Counted from the first letter of the stretch, positions 42,143-52,877 are shown. The stretch is DNA of 64,000 nt from Methanotrichaceae archaeon (GCA_963748825.1 CAVVKN010000021.1:1-64000), one strand, 5' to 3'. Notes: generated by a model not told the origin, from the letters alone. Program-made: numbers and translations.

Positions 42143-42318
42143 CTTCTGCTATCTTTCTTTTAAGATTATCATCACTTTGCCTGTCGGTAAGGATTGCTGG
42201 ATGATCCGGCCTTCCTTCTCGAGATCTTCTGGGATCGGGTCTCAGATCGCTCCACACCATATTTCTTGTGCTATTCGCAAGCGTCCAAAGGATACGATCA
42301 CGCGGAGACTGTGAATAT

Positions 42319-42774
42319 TTAGGTACACCTCTCACCTTTCAATTTCTTCCACTCATTGTATAGTGCTTGGATTTGCCTATCCCTGATCATAATGAGGGTT
42401 TTTATATCTGGAATCAAGAAGGTTATGCCATCAAATGTGAGCGAATCGCAATGGGCCGCTTCCAGAAGTTGGTACTCATCGCCCATCCATATTTCTCTAA
42501 TGAAGATCTGCACTGAGAATGATTTAAAAATTATTCTAAGGAAATGAGTATCATTGATTCCGGTGACCGACTCCATATTACCGAACATCCTGAGTGCAGA
42601 TATAACCCTATCTGCTTCTTCATATGAGCAACAGATATCGATATCTTTAGTGGCATCTTTCAAGCCATGCCACATAAAAGCTGCACCTGCGAATACGTAC
42701 ACATTGGTTTTTGCTTGAACTTTCGAGCCAATGTAGGCCAAATCGGCCAAGAGCTGTGCCTTATTTTCGATCAT
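42319..42774 (-). CDS. DUF6036-like nucleotidyltransferase
   Basis: VYVFAGAAFMWHGLKDATKDIDI (G-A...T.D.D pol-beta superfamily motif). Confidence 0.65.
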   Translation of the reverse strand: MIENKAQLLADLAYIGSKVQAKTNVYVFAGAAFMWHGLKDATKDIDICCSYEEADRVISALRMFGNMESVTGINDTHFLRIIFKSFSVQIFIREIWMGDEYQLLEAAHCDSLTFDGITFLIPDIKTLIMIRDRQIQALYNEWKKLKGERCT

Positions 42775-42859
42775 GTTTCTCCTACCACCTGAGATTGTCT
42801 ATATCGGGTAATTGCTGTTCATTCATAGGCACGCATCTTTCCATGCTTTTTTCATTTTC

Positions 42860-43138
42860 TCAAACTCCCAAATATCTGCCTTGCATCCTCTTGGATGATC
42901 CAGGATGATCCACCAGATCAATCGTGGCAATGGCGTGCTTGAAGACCAGTAGTTGCCCTTTTACCGTCTGGAACAGGATCTCATAGGGGTTGCTTATCCT
43001 TCTTGGGTCCCTGTAACTGGCCTGCCTCCTGAAATTAGGCATATAGATACCTTCTTGCCTTTGCGCTTTGGGATAAACTGGGGGGCCTTGCGTTGTTGTC
43101 TTCTTCTCCTCTTCGTTCATCAGGGACAATTTGGACAT
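42860..43138 (-). pseudogene. Hfq-like Sm-fold protein with two compensating frameshifts
   Basis: C-terminal LLVFKHAIATI (Hfq Sm2 motif); Sm1-like KGKKVSICLISGGRPVTG lies in the shifted frame. Confidence 0.65.
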
Positions 43139-43144
43139 TTGGAA

Positions 43145-43378
43145 TCACTTCAGAACCGACGTATCCTCTTCTGCCATCCTCTTTTGTGCTGCAGCGCTAG
43201 CTAAGGCTATTCTCTCGATATCCTTCTTGCTCAGTTCGTGTTTTACATCACCGAGGAGCCCGGCATGAAATGCGCTTATAAACCCAAATCCGAGATAGCC
43301 CAATCCTAACGTGAAGATCCCTATAGAGAACGCGAGGATGAGGTAAAGAAATCCCCATCCCCAACGGCCTTGTGCCAT
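43145..43378 (-). CDS. small membrane protein
   Basis: two Gly-rich hydrophobic segments. Confidence 0.5.
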   Translation of the reverse strand: MAQGRWGWGFLYLILAFSIGIFTLGLGYLGFGFISAFHAGLLGDVKHELSKKDIERIALASAAAQKRMAEEDTSVLK

Positions 43379-43546
43379 GAAGCCCGATCCAGGAACGAGT
43401 ATGTTAAGGATAATGCCTTTAATTCTGCCAGACGTATCAATCCCTCACAATCTACTTCAAGATTGAAGGATCTAATGAAAAAGGTTTGGGTCATACCTGT
43501 CAAAAATGTGGCCCGGAGAAGGACCGCTCCAAGGAATCAGCCTAAC

Positions 43547-43886
43547 TCACATCCCCTAAACAATCCTGATCTCCTCTTCCGTCATCCCATCAAGCTCGTA
43601 GACCAGGGCGTCTATCTGGCGGTCGGTGGCCTTTATGTCTACGGACGGCTTTTTTGTCTAAAGGAAGAATTTGCGCTGGCCGCCAGCGAAAAGAGTAATT
43701 CGGGATGGTGGCTGCTCCTCCCTCGATGGTGTCCTCGTGGATGACGTCCTTGTAGGCCTCGGAAAAACTTTGTTCGTTGTCCATATCCCACCCCAGGGCC
43801 TTGAAGAAAGGATCAACGAATTTTCTTCTGACTTGAGTTTCATTTTTACCCCAATACCCCGATGTTTGCATCGGGGATAACGGCAT
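43547..43886 (-). pseudogene. internally deleted type IIG (Eco57I-like) restriction-modification gene
   Basis: N-terminal NETQVRRKFVDPFFKALGWD joined almost directly to C-terminal ATDRQIDALVYEL.G.TEEEIRIV. Confidence 0.7.
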
Positions 43887-44615
43887 GAGTATTCAACTTA
43901 GGTTTAGATCTGCTTATCCTGATTCCGCTTACGCGAAATAGTATTGGGTAACACCTGTCAAAAAGCGAACCCGAAAGATCGCCTCTTTCAAGGATTAAGG
44001 TAATTCACTGTCGCTGTGGTACAGACCTCTTCCGGGCTGATCGGTGCTGTCTCACTTTCTTTGCTTCCTGTTTCGTTGCCTGGGCCGCTTGCTTTGCCGC
44101 CTTCTTTTCCACTTCAGTCATTTTCATAACATCTCTGATTAGGTCCTATCTGTCTCCATCTATCATTTCCGTCACGTGCCGCCAAATATCTCTCCCTCGA
44201 GTGCTACTACCATCGCTCACACGAAAAAGCTTGCGGAGGAAAATCTCTTTGAAACATAGCCATGAGCTAATTTAAACTTGATCCGCTGGACCACACGGCT
44301 GCGTGTCTAGGCTCAAAGGATTACTTTTCGCTTTGGTGCTTTGGTTTAGGTTATATTATTATTTGACAATTATGCGCCTTTGAAGGATTTAGGTTTTTTC
44401 CTGGTGGCCTTCATATTTAGCTAAAATTATCCCTGGATGAAAATATCCCTTTGCGCAAGTATGTGGTCAAAAAATCTTTAATACCTTTGGCAGTCTAACT
44501 ACAATGTGTCCGGCATTACTATTAGCTTTGGCTTCTCACCCAGGCCACTTTGATTTCAGATTAAAGGCCTGTACGAAAGTAATATTGCCCTCAGTTCTCC
44601 CAGGTTTAACCGTCT

Positions 44616-45125
44616 TTAGCTTTGCCCCTGCTTAGTCTGGCTTTTTGCCTTGGCAGGAGTTGCCAATGGTTTCGCCGCCTGGGAAAAGACGTTCTGCGTG
44701 GCTGTTACATTATAAAAAGTCCTGACCCGCCCTCCCGGATACACAACCGAGAACCGGGCAATTCCTTCCTTCAGGGGCTTATCCTTGCTGCCGAAGGGCA
44801 TGGAATCGAAAAGATAATAGCCGCTATTATATTTGCCTGCACCCACTACCTGCAGGGCCGCGCTGTCAATATCTGCCTTAACCAGCCTGACATCGCCGTA
44901 TCCTCCCAGGAAGGAGATCAATTCCGGCTCCAGATATCTGCATCCCAGAGTCGTGACATAGAAGCGAGTAAAAGTATCCAGGGTGTAGTTCAGCTCAAAA
45001 GTGGCATTGTCGCCCTCCAGGCGCATGGTCACTTCCTTTATGTCGACGTACTCGCTGCCGACGGCTGAGCCGGCAGATAAGGCGCAGAGAGTGAGAACGG
45101 CAAAGATTGCAGCTAGGTAACGCAT
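44616..45125 (-). CDS. secreted hypothetical protein
   Basis: signal peptide, 169-aa ORF. Confidence 0.7.
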   Translation of the reverse strand: MRYLAAIFAVLTLCALSAGSAVGSEYVDIKEVTMRLEGDNATFELNYTLDTFTRFYVTTLGCRYLEPELISFLGGYGDVRLVKADIDSAALQVVGAGKYNSGYYLFDSMPFGSKDKPLKEGIARFSVVYPGGRVRTFYNVTATQNVFSQAAKPLATPAKAKSQTKQGQS

Positions 45126-45128
45126 CCT

Positions 45129-45323
45129 TCACCCATACATCTTAAGGATTGACGGCAGGAACAAAACCAGTCCCATTATGGCAAGAAATACCAGGAAAAG
45201 CAACTGCTGCTTTCTTTGAGCCGATTTGAACTTCGACTCGCATATCTCGTCGCAGAAGTTCTCGTCCGGGCGTACGGCATTGCCGCAGACCATGCAGTGT
45301 TTATGCGGCATAATATCTGTCAT
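45129..45323 (-). CDS. DUF2116 family Zn-ribbon membrane protein
   Basis: PHKHCMVCG.....E.FC...C plus C-terminal TM helix. Confidence 0.85.
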   Translation of the reverse strand: MTDIMPHKHCMVCGNAVRPDENFCDEICESKFKSAQRKQQLLFLVFLAIMGLVLFLPSILKMYG

Positions 45324-45793
45324 CCTATCACCATAAACGGTTTTGGAAGAGAGAGTAAATAAGGTTTTGCCTGGGCCACATACATTCTTGGGCCGGGAAA
45401 AGTGGCTCTGCAAGTGAAGTAATGTGTCAAGTCGAGCTGAGAATTGATTGATAGACGTTAGGGCCATGGATTTTGAATATTTCAGACATTTTATTTCCGC
45501 TGTGGCAGGAGGCGGGTTGTAGCATTAATTGAAAGTCGCGAAAGCCATTCTTTTTCCTGATTGCTGCCCTATCCGGATGGAAAAGTCCTGTAGTCATGCT
45601 TATAAGATATATAACTTTTAAAATAACATTATTATCACGAACATGCAGTTTGATTCTTTTCGAGGCTGTCTCTTATCCAAGGACGAAAAAATTCGAGGTT
45701 TATTTTTCCACTGGAAATAAAGGGGTCAATGCAGGGGATATCCTCCCCGGATTTTGCATTAACTATAAAAGGTTCCTGGCAAATTAGCTTCTC

Positions 45794-47788
45794 ATGCTTA
45801 GAATTCAGATGATCATCTTCATGGCCTTGCTCATATGGCTTATGCCAATTGAAGGAGCAAGAACGTATATCGTTGACGACAGCGGCTTTGCTAATTTTAA
45901 TACTATCCAAGAGGCCGTTGTTGCTGCCAGTAATGGAGATACCATATACATCAAGCCGGGAGAGTACAATGAAGAGGTAATCCTGAACAGGAGCCTGACG
46001 CTAATGCCTCTCACCGGCGAGAACGGGCCTATAATCCTCAAAGGAGATGGCCTGGAGACGGGGATCACAATAACCGCAGAGGGCTGCTCTCTGCAGGGCT
46101 TGACTATACAAGACTTTGCCGGGCCAGCAATATATGTTCAATCCAGCCGAAACTCCATCAAGAAAAACGTGTTTAAAAACGCCAATCCGGCCATACTGGT
46201 GCGCGGTTCGCACGAGAACACTATTGCCGGAAACACAATAATTGACAGTCAGGGGGCAGTGGCCCTCTGGGAGAACTCCAGCGATAACCTGGTTTCAGAA
46301 AACGATATCTTGGGATGCAATGTATCCATTATCGTACGGGAAGCTGCGAAAAATGAAATCCTCAGCAACAAAATATCTGATGCTTACTGGGGCATCTGGC
46401 TTGAAAATGCTGCAAGCTGCCAGATCGAAAGCAACGATGTAAAAAGCAAAAGGTTCGGCATCTGGCTTTTAAACAGCAGCACCATCAATGTTTCCCAAAA
46501 TAAAGTTCGCATCGACAATTCTGCCTCCAGCATCACGAACGGCATAAATCTCGCGAATGCCAGCGGAGCTCTATTGCAGAGCAATGAAATCAATGGTGGT
46601 GCAATCGGGCTGCTAATTTCGAGCAGCAAGAACAGCAGAATGATAGATAACTCAATTTCCGGCAGCACAAATGCCATCTTTATCAAGGACTCATACTCAC
46701 AAGAGCTGAAGAATAACCGCATCAGTGCAGCGGAATACGGCATAAGAATGGAAAATTCCAGCAAAAATTCCCTAATTCAAAATAGGATAGAAAACGGCAC
46801 CATTGGCTTTGAACTGGGCATGAGCCGACAGAACAATATTTCCGAAAACCAGCTCTCCGGCATAACGGACACGGCTGTGCAGATTTCATCCTCTAACGAA
46901 AACACCCTCTCCGGCAATCAGATCGCTGATAGTCCTAAAGGAATCATCTTATTGGAATCATCCGCCAATCGACTGACGGCTAATCGCTTCCAGAATGTGG
47001 AGTGGAGCCTTTACGCAGAGGCTGAGACCAAGGAGGGCTTTAATAATTCCATAGATGAATCCAACGTAGTGGATTCTGTCCCCATAGTCTATCTCTTTGG
47101 CCGTTTTGGCGGGCAGATTCAGGATAGGGATATCGCTCATCTCACTTTAGCATACTGTGAAAATGTCACAGTAAAGAATACTGCCATCACCAACGATGCC
47201 GTATTTCTCTTCGATTCAAAGAAAAACAGGATCCAGGAGAACAACATATCCGGGAGCTTTGGCATGCGTCTCGTGCAGTCCGATGAAAATGAGATATCAG
47301 GCAACCGCCTGCTGGGCAATAAATTTAGCGGCATGTTCCTGTATGCCTCGGATTTGAATCAAATTGCAGGAAATGATGCCTCGCGAAACAGCCAGAACGG
47401 CATATCGCTCCTATCCTGCAACCAGAACATCATTCGCGACAATGTGGTAGATGAAAACGCTGCCACAGGTATCTGGCTAAACCTTTCCCATGATAACCAG
47501 GTATATCAGAATAACATCAGTCGCAATCCATTGGGTCTGCAGGTAATGCTCTCCACAGGAAACAAAATATTCCACAATAACTTCCTCGGCAATAAGGAGC
47601 ATTCGCAAGATCTAGGCGGCAACAATAGTTGGGACAAAGGCAATGTCACAGGCGGCAACTACTGGGAGGGTCACGTGGCCAAAGGCAATCCCAGCCAGAA
47701 TTGGCCAAGGATGATCAAAGGCGGAAGCATGCTGGACGGCTATCCCTTCCAGGATGAGAGCGGCTGGCTGAGGGCAGCCGCCGCTTGA
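45794..47788 (+). CDS. secreted parallel beta-helix (NosD/CASH) repeat protein
   Basis: TIQEAVVAA..GDTIYIKPGEY, many GI.L..S..N.I..N repeats, GGNYW. Confidence 0.88.
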   Translation: MLRIQMIIFMALLIWLMPIEGARTYIVDDSGFANFNTIQEAVVAASNGDTIYIKPGEYNEEVILNRSLTLMPLTGENGPIILKGDGLETGITITAEGCSLQGLTIQDFAGPAIYVQSSRNSIKKNVFKNANPAILVRGSHENTIAGNTIIDSQGAVALWENSSDNLVSENDILGCNVSIIVREAAKNEILSNKISDAYWGIWLENAASCQIESNDVKSKRFGIWLLNSSTINVSQNKVRIDNSASSITNGINLANASGALLQSNEINGGAIGLLISSSKNSRMIDNSISGSTNAIFIKDSYSQELKNNRISAAEYGIRMENSSKNSLIQNRIENGTIGFELGMSRQNNISENQLSGITDTAVQISSSNENTLSGNQIADSPKGIILLESSANRLTANRFQNVEWSLYAEAETKEGFNNSIDESNVVDSVPIVYLFGRFGGQIQDRDIAHLTLAYCENVTVKNTAITNDAVFLFDSKKNRIQENNISGSFGMRLVQSDENEISGNRLLGNKFSGMFLYASDLNQIAGNDASRNSQNGISLLSCNQNIIRDNVVDENAATGIWLNLSHDNQVYQNNISRNPLGLQVMLSTGNKIFHNNFLGNKEHSQDLGGNNSWDKGNVTGGNYWEGHVAKGNPSQNWPRMIKGGSMLDGYPFQDESGWLRAAAA

Positions 47789-47829
47789 AGCCGCAATACT
47801 TAAGATGATGAAGAAAGAAGGAGATAGAT

Positions 47830-48003
47830 ATGGCAAAGAATAAGAATGAAGGCAGCGGTCTTCAGTCATCAGCAGGCCTCATGAGGTACTTCGAGGCTGA
47901 TGATACTGCAATAAAGCTCAATCCTAAGATGGTGCTCGGAGCCTGTATAGGTGCAGGTGCAGTAGTAATGGGACTTAATATCGCCTTTGGCCTCTGGCCT
48001 TAG
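47830..48003 (+). CDS. secG: preprotein translocase Sec61-beta subunit (not in ORF track)
   Basis: GLQSSAGLMRYFEADDTAIKLNPKMV + TM helix. Confidence 0.9.
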   Translation: MAKNKNEGSGLQSSAGLMRYFEADDTAIKLNPKMVLGACIGAGAVVMGLNIAFGLWP

Positions 48004-48168
48004 GCAATAATGCTTTTTCATCCACTGGATTTCCCAGGATTAGCTTCCTTATTTTGCACTTAGCACACCTGATGAGGTCGCAGCCCAAGGAACTGCCAAG
48101 CCGTGCCTAGCTTTGTCTTTGAACTTTGCCCTTTTGTAGCTTGTATTTGTAGCTTGCAAGGGGAATCT

Positions 48169-48480
48169 TCATCGAGGCGATGAAGTCTCGGCTGCCATCT
48201 CATCGACCTCTTTTGCTCCCTTTGCCAGCAGAGCATCTTCGTCTCCTGTGAGAATTGAGATCAGCCGGGCAAACTCACCTGCATGAACCCGTTCCTCATT
48301 GGCGATATCTATCAGCACCTTCTTGGCGAGAGGGTTGTCCGTGGCCTCGGCGTGAGCCATGTAGAGGTGAACTGCTTCATGCTCTGCGGCCAGATCAAGT
48401 CGGATGGCTCGGATCAGTTCTTGCATGGTCAGCTTTCTTTCTGGCACTTTACCGCTGAATGGGTTAAGAAACTCTGGCAT
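48169..48480 (-). CDS. short ferritin-like / rubrerythrin-family protein
   Basis: RAIRLDLAAEHEAVHLY, DIANEERVHAGE diiron motifs. Confidence 0.85.
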   Translation of the reverse strand: MPEFLNPFSGKVPERKLTMQELIRAIRLDLAAEHEAVHLYMAHAEATDNPLAKKVLIDIANEERVHAGEFARLISILTGDEDALLAKGAKEVDEMAAETSSPR

Positions 48481-48738
48481 TATTTTATCTCCTCGCTTGC
48501 GCTGCCTGGGAGTGGATTATTCATTGTAGGTTTCGGATCCATTTCCGCCAGGCTCAATGATTTGCCTATAATAGAAATAGCCCAAAGTAAATATGTCTTT
48601 TGGGGTGTGGTTTTGGCTTTCCCAAGGCTCTATTAAGGCTCTATTGCCTCCTTTATGGGGTAGAAGGAAATGAGTAATAATAAATAAAAACGTGTTGTGT
48701 CCAATCAGCTTGATGCTCAAACCAGCCCCTGTTTTCCG

Positions 48739-49356
48739 CTACTTTATCTGCTTGATTTTAACCGAATTAATAAATCGTTCTGTGGCTTCTTGACTATAGG
48801 TGGAGAGAATCAATCCTACTGCCGTGGATGCCAGAACGCCTCCCGGTCGATCCAGATGATATTCTACAGGATAGACCGCAACGTAGACCGGCTCACTCAT
48901 TGGACACTTTAGGCCACTGGCAAATATCCCTGATTGACCGTCTATCACTCTCTCAGCTATATTGATCTCTTTGCATACTTTGGATTTGGTGAGGGTACCA
49001 TTGGCAAGGGCTTTCAAGCTGGATTGGTTGATAAGAGATACATCGTTTTTGGAGTACATTATGACCGAGACCTTCAGGATCTTGGCCTTATCAGATGCCG
49101 ACGCCAGTGTCAAAGCATCTGTCGCGATGGCCACTTTTCCGGAGGCGCTGTCTCCATGCGACACGCTGCTTTTGTACTCATCCATCTCCGACCAGTTGAA
49201 GCTTACCTTCCACTTGCCGCTGTCCTCTGAGACGGAGGTGACGGACAATTCATCCATCATAAAGCCATGCCCCTGCATGGTAAGCAAGAGTGCCATGCCA
49301 AGTGCCAGACCGAGCATGAAAAGCTTTGAGCAATATTTGTCCCTCACCAATAACAC
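48739..49356 (-). CDS. secreted hypothetical protein
   Basis: signal peptide, 205-aa ORF. Confidence 0.65.
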   Translation of the reverse strand: MLLVRDKYCSKLFMLGLALGMALLLTMQGHGFMMDELSVTSVSEDSGKWKVSFNWSEMDEYKSSVSHGDSASGKVAIATDALTLASASDKAKILKVSVIMYSKNDVSLINQSSLKALANGTLTKSKVCKEINIAERVIDGQSGIFASGLKCPMSEPVYVAVYPVEYHLDRPGGVLASTAVGLILSTYSQEATERFINSVKIKQIK

Positions 49357-50004
49357 CTACAGTGGAGCCATCCGGGGCAATATGTTGGGATTGATTCCCT
49401 TTGCCAGCTTTGTAACATCCTTGAATCTGCTCGCACTCTCCAAAATAGCGGTCGGCTCTTCCTTGGAGGGTACCTCATTCATCTGCTCAGTGCTAACTTG
49501 CTCCGTCTGGACTGCCGGCATAGGAGCAGTTGTGACCACGGCTGGGGTGTAGCTGGATGTATCCGGGCTGATCATGATAGCGGTGAAATCGCCCCGGCTG
49601 GCTTTTCCGTTGCTGTCCGATCGGATGAAAAATCCATTCATGGTGTCGCCTTCCAGGGTAGCGCTAATGTAGGTGGATGCCAGCACCCCGACCTCCATGG
49701 CTGCCAGGGAAAAGGAGACTGCATTTGCAGAAAGTGATCCTGCTATAGCTGCATTCCAGGGATTGTCGCCCTCGAATTTAGCCAGGCCGAAGACGGATTG
49801 GGCAGATTGGTTCACGGCCATGATAATCTCCTTCTCTCCTAAAGTGGCTTTCCAGATGCCCTGCACGCTGGCTGAAGCCGTGGCCGTGCCCTCTTCGGTT
49901 GTCGCATTATTTTCCATTGATGAGGAATCCGAAGCCGGTACCAAAGATATGGACGCGGAGAGTGTCAAAAGAAGAATTGCCATCAAACAAAAATTTCTGA
50001 TCAT
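49357..50004 (-). CDS. secreted hypothetical protein
   Basis: signal peptide from MIRNFCL; G.W beta-barrel-like core, Thr/Glu-rich linker. Confidence 0.65.
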   Translation of the reverse strand: MIRNFCLMAILLLTLSASISLVPASDSSSMENNATTEEGTATASASVQGIWKATLGEKEIIMAVNQSAQSVFGLAKFEGDNPWNAAIAGSLSANAVSFSLAAMEVGVLASTYISATLEGDTMNGFFIRSDSNGKASRGDFTAIMISPDTSSYTPAVVTTAPMPAVQTEQVSTEQMNEVPSKEEPTAILESASRFKDVTKLAKGINPNILPRMAPL

Positions 50005-50292
50005 CAAGCCCCAAACCTCCATTATTGTCATTTGAGCCAGGTCTAATTGAGTCCTTATCATATTAATATAGATTGCCGATTGCCGAAGCGAAAAGAAGTG
50101 CCGAGGCAAAAATAGGGGAATTCTGCTATGACGAGTCTCCAGGGCTGGGGCCCTCTGGCATTTCGATTCTGTTAGTGCTGCAGTCAATAGCATCTTCGAT
50201 AAATCCAGGCATGTCGAAACTCTCGCACCATCAGCTGCTATCTGCCCTTACCGATCCCACAAGCTAAATATATGAATCGAACTTATTGATAG

Positions 50293-51165
50293 ATGATGGA
50301 TCCACTTCAAGCCCAGATAGGCGGAGAATTCACCAGTGTTCTGATCAACAATATCTGGTTTCTCTTATTCATATTCCTCTTTCTGGTTCCCATGGTGCAG
50401 AGGTACTACCTGCAGACGGCGAGAAAGAGCGTCCTGGCAAAGCTGGGCAAGACGCGGGGCACGCAGGTCATAACGCTAATTCATCGCCAGGAGACTATCA
50501 GCTTTCTTGGCATCCCTTTAGCCCGCTACATTGATATCGATGACAGCGAGCGGGTAATGCGGGCCATTCGTGCAGCTCAGAAGGATGTGCCCATCGACAT
50601 CATTCTGCATACACCGGGAGGGCTTGCTCTGGCAGCCACGCAAATCGCCATGGCGCTAAAGGCCCATCCCGCCAAGAAGACGGTAATTGTGCCCCATTAC
50701 GCCATGAGCGGCGGAACTCTCATTGCATTTGCCGCCGACAAGATAATCATGGACCCACATGCTGCCCTGGGTCCGGTGGACCCGCAACTGGGAGATATGC
50801 AGGGCAGTTATCCGGCGACATCGCTCATCGCGGTCGTAGGCAAGAAGAAGATTGACGAGATAGACGACAAGACTCTCATCTACGCCGAAGAGGCGCGAAA
50901 AGCCATGAGCCAGATGAGGAATCTCTTGAAAAAGATACTGGAGGGAAAGTGTGGCGGCGAGAAGATGGATGGCATCATCGAGGAGTTTGTCTCGGGAAAA
51001 TATACTCACGACCATCCCTTTATGGCCGAGCAGGCCCAATCTCTCCTGGGCGAATGCGTACAGACCGATGTCCCGGAAGAGGTCTATGCCCTGATGGACC
51101 TATATCGCATGGAAGCAGGAAGGAGCCGCCCGGGCGTAGAGTATGTGCCCCTGATAAAGCATTAG
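50293..51165 (+). CDS. SDH-family ClpP-fold serine protease
   Basis: LIHRQE, LHTPGG, VPHYAMSGGTLIA, LGPVDPQ, THDHP. Confidence 0.9.
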   Translation: MMDPLQAQIGGEFTSVLINNIWFLLFIFLFLVPMVQRYYLQTARKSVLAKLGKTRGTQVITLIHRQETISFLGIPLARYIDIDDSERVMRAIRAAQKDVPIDIILHTPGGLALAATQIAMALKAHPAKKTVIVPHYAMSGGTLIAFAADKIIMDPHAALGPVDPQLGDMQGSYPATSLIAVVGKKKIDEIDDKTLIYAEEARKAMSQMRNLLKKILEGKCGGEKMDGIIEEFVSGKYTHDHPFMAEQAQSLLGECVQTDVPEEVYALMDLYRMEAGRSRPGVEYVPLIKH

Positions 51166-51696
51166 GGGATTTCAACTCTAACGCGGCTGATTAGCGCCTC
51201 TGGTATTGATTCATTCGGGATCTACTGCATAGACTTGCGCCTCGGAATATCTCCTTGTGTTCCAATCGTGGAGAATCAGGCATTGCTCGTATGTTTTGTC
51301 ATCCATCCAACCTCGTTATACGCGTGAAATTCTTCTTCGAAAATCTCCCTCCAGTTAACGAGGACTTTTTTCGAATTTGATTCGCTTTGCGATCTCTTGA
51401 GCCATTCAAATGGATGTTCGTCTACTACAATGCTATCGAAAAGTTGCTTTACCAAATCGCTTATTTATATATGTTATAATATTAATCAATTGAACGTATT
51501 TCATAAGAAGCCTTTTGATGAAAGCTGGATTTTAAGGGTCTCCAATCTCAGAAAAAAATCTTACAAAATCCCCTACATATATTATTAGGGAAAAGTGTAC
51601 GATCTTTATCCGGGATATTGAAGTGCGATTCCTTGGTTGGCTAATCCTATATCAGTCAATTGACTTAAATATAATCAAGACTAAATAGTTGCAGAG

Positions 51697-51879
51697 GTGT
51701 TTGAAATGGTGTTTGAAATGGTCGGAGCATGTCCCAGATGCGGGAAAGATACAAGTGTGGAAATTGGAGAGTCCCTTCTTAAAATTGGAAAGACAAGGGA
51801 GCAACCTGTAAGGATTGCATCATGTGGTAACTGTGGGCTGATCTTCTACGAGATGATCGATAAAATAAAGGAGTTCTGA
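51697..51879 (+). CDS. small Zn-ribbon protein
   Basis: CPRCG...CGNCGLIFYE. Confidence 0.6.
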   Translation: MFEMVFEMVGACPRCGKDTSVEIGESLLKIGKTREQPVRIASCGNCGLIFYEMIDKIKEF

Positions 51880-51981
51880 AAGGAACTCCCTACTCATATC
51901 ATAGACGTGTGGGGTTCCTATCCCCGCACTGGTACTATCTCCCGAAGCGATCATGAGTACAACCCGGTACCACGTGTCCGC

Positions 51982-52170
51982 TTAATTCGCGACGATATTT
52001 GCCGATTGGGACATGATATCTATATCGGCGAGGCGTCCTTCTACTTCCATAGAATCCCCGAAGATGCCTTCCATGAGCACCTTGCCGTTGTGGGCCATTA
52101 GCCTGACTACGCCTTCCATTGCCTTTTCGCGGGCATTGCCTTTCAAAATGTAAACTGTAAGTTCGCACAT
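51982..52170 (-). CDS. CooT family nickel-binding protein
   Basis: MCE start, ME.V, IFG motif. Confidence 0.8.
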   Translation of the reverse strand: MCELTVYILKGNAREKAMEGVVRLMAHNGKVLMEGIFGDSMEVEGRLADIDIMSQSANIVAN

Positions 52171-52202
52171 AGTCCCTCTTAAAATGATAATTATAATAAT
52201 AA

Positions 52203-52279
<77 letters not shown>

Positions 52280-52290
52280 GCAAATGGATT

Positions 52291-52653
52291 TTAGCCGCCC
52301 TTGGGCGGCATCTGACCTAATGACATTTTGAGCTGCTCTTGAAGCTGAGTGAACCGGCCCTGAATGCGCTCTTCTTGCTTGGCCATGGTCTTCAGCCGGA
52401 TATCCATCATATCCTTTCTCTCTTTAAGCTCCTCTGTCAGCTTGGGCTTATCAGCCTTAAAGAAGAGTTCCCCGACGCTCTTGTATATAACTGCGTCGTC
52501 TGCGCTCTTCTCCAGTTCTTTAAGCGCCGCCTCAGTCTCCCTGATCAGACCCTCGATCTGACCCTTCTGAGTCATAACGGCCTGCGCCTGCTGCTGAAGC
52601 TGCTGGAGCTGAGCCAACTGATTTTGTATCTGCGGAGGCAATTCGCCACTCAT
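52291..52653 (-). CDS. pfdB: prefoldin beta subunit
   Basis: LPPQIQ..LAQLQQ, IYKSVG. Confidence 0.95.
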   Translation of the reverse strand: MSGELPPQIQNQLAQLQQLQQQAQAVMTQKGQIEGLIRETEAALKELEKSADDAVIYKSVGELFFKADKPKLTEELKERKDMMDIRLKTMAKQEERIQGRFTQLQEQLKMSLGQMPPKGG

Positions 52654-52877
52654 AAACTCACCATCTCAAACGCGATCTTAACCAACCTTATCCAGGTATT
52701 TAAGGCTGCCCGGAGAGAGACTGTATCCTCGCCCCGGATCTTCAATCGAATAGAACCGTCTTCCAGGCCCAGCAATACATTGGACCGATGCAGCTCGTCT
52801 TCAAGTTCGGGTGCAAGCGCCTGATAGATCACTCCGGCATGATTGCTTTCAAACACGAACTCTGCACAGCCTTTCAT
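52650..52877 (-). CDS. pcc1: KEOPS complex subunit Pcc1
   Basis: ALAPE, D..SLRAALNTWIRL. Confidence 0.9.
   Translation of the reverse strand: MKGCAEFVFESNHAGVIYQALAPELEDELHRSNVLLGLEDGSIRLKIRGEDTVSLRAALNTWIRLVKIAFEMVSL

Larger units (their letters stand above)
41101..44600. mobile_element. decayed integrated element downstream of tRNA-Ser (boundaries approximate)
   Basis: AT-richer, low coding density, gene fragments (R-M, Hfq-like, nucleotidyltransferase); no intact integrase or att duplicate seen. Confidence 0.5.

Noticed and set aside
44275-44305. tRNA 5'-half-like string on the minus strand (gccgtgtggtccagcgg) as a possible att site
   Set aside because: Wrong orientation, weak match to tRNA-Ser, no cloverleaf.
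48060-48112. CTGATGAG plus hairpin as a hammerhead ribozyme or C/D box RNA
   Set aside because: No GAAA core after the stem and no properly placed D box.
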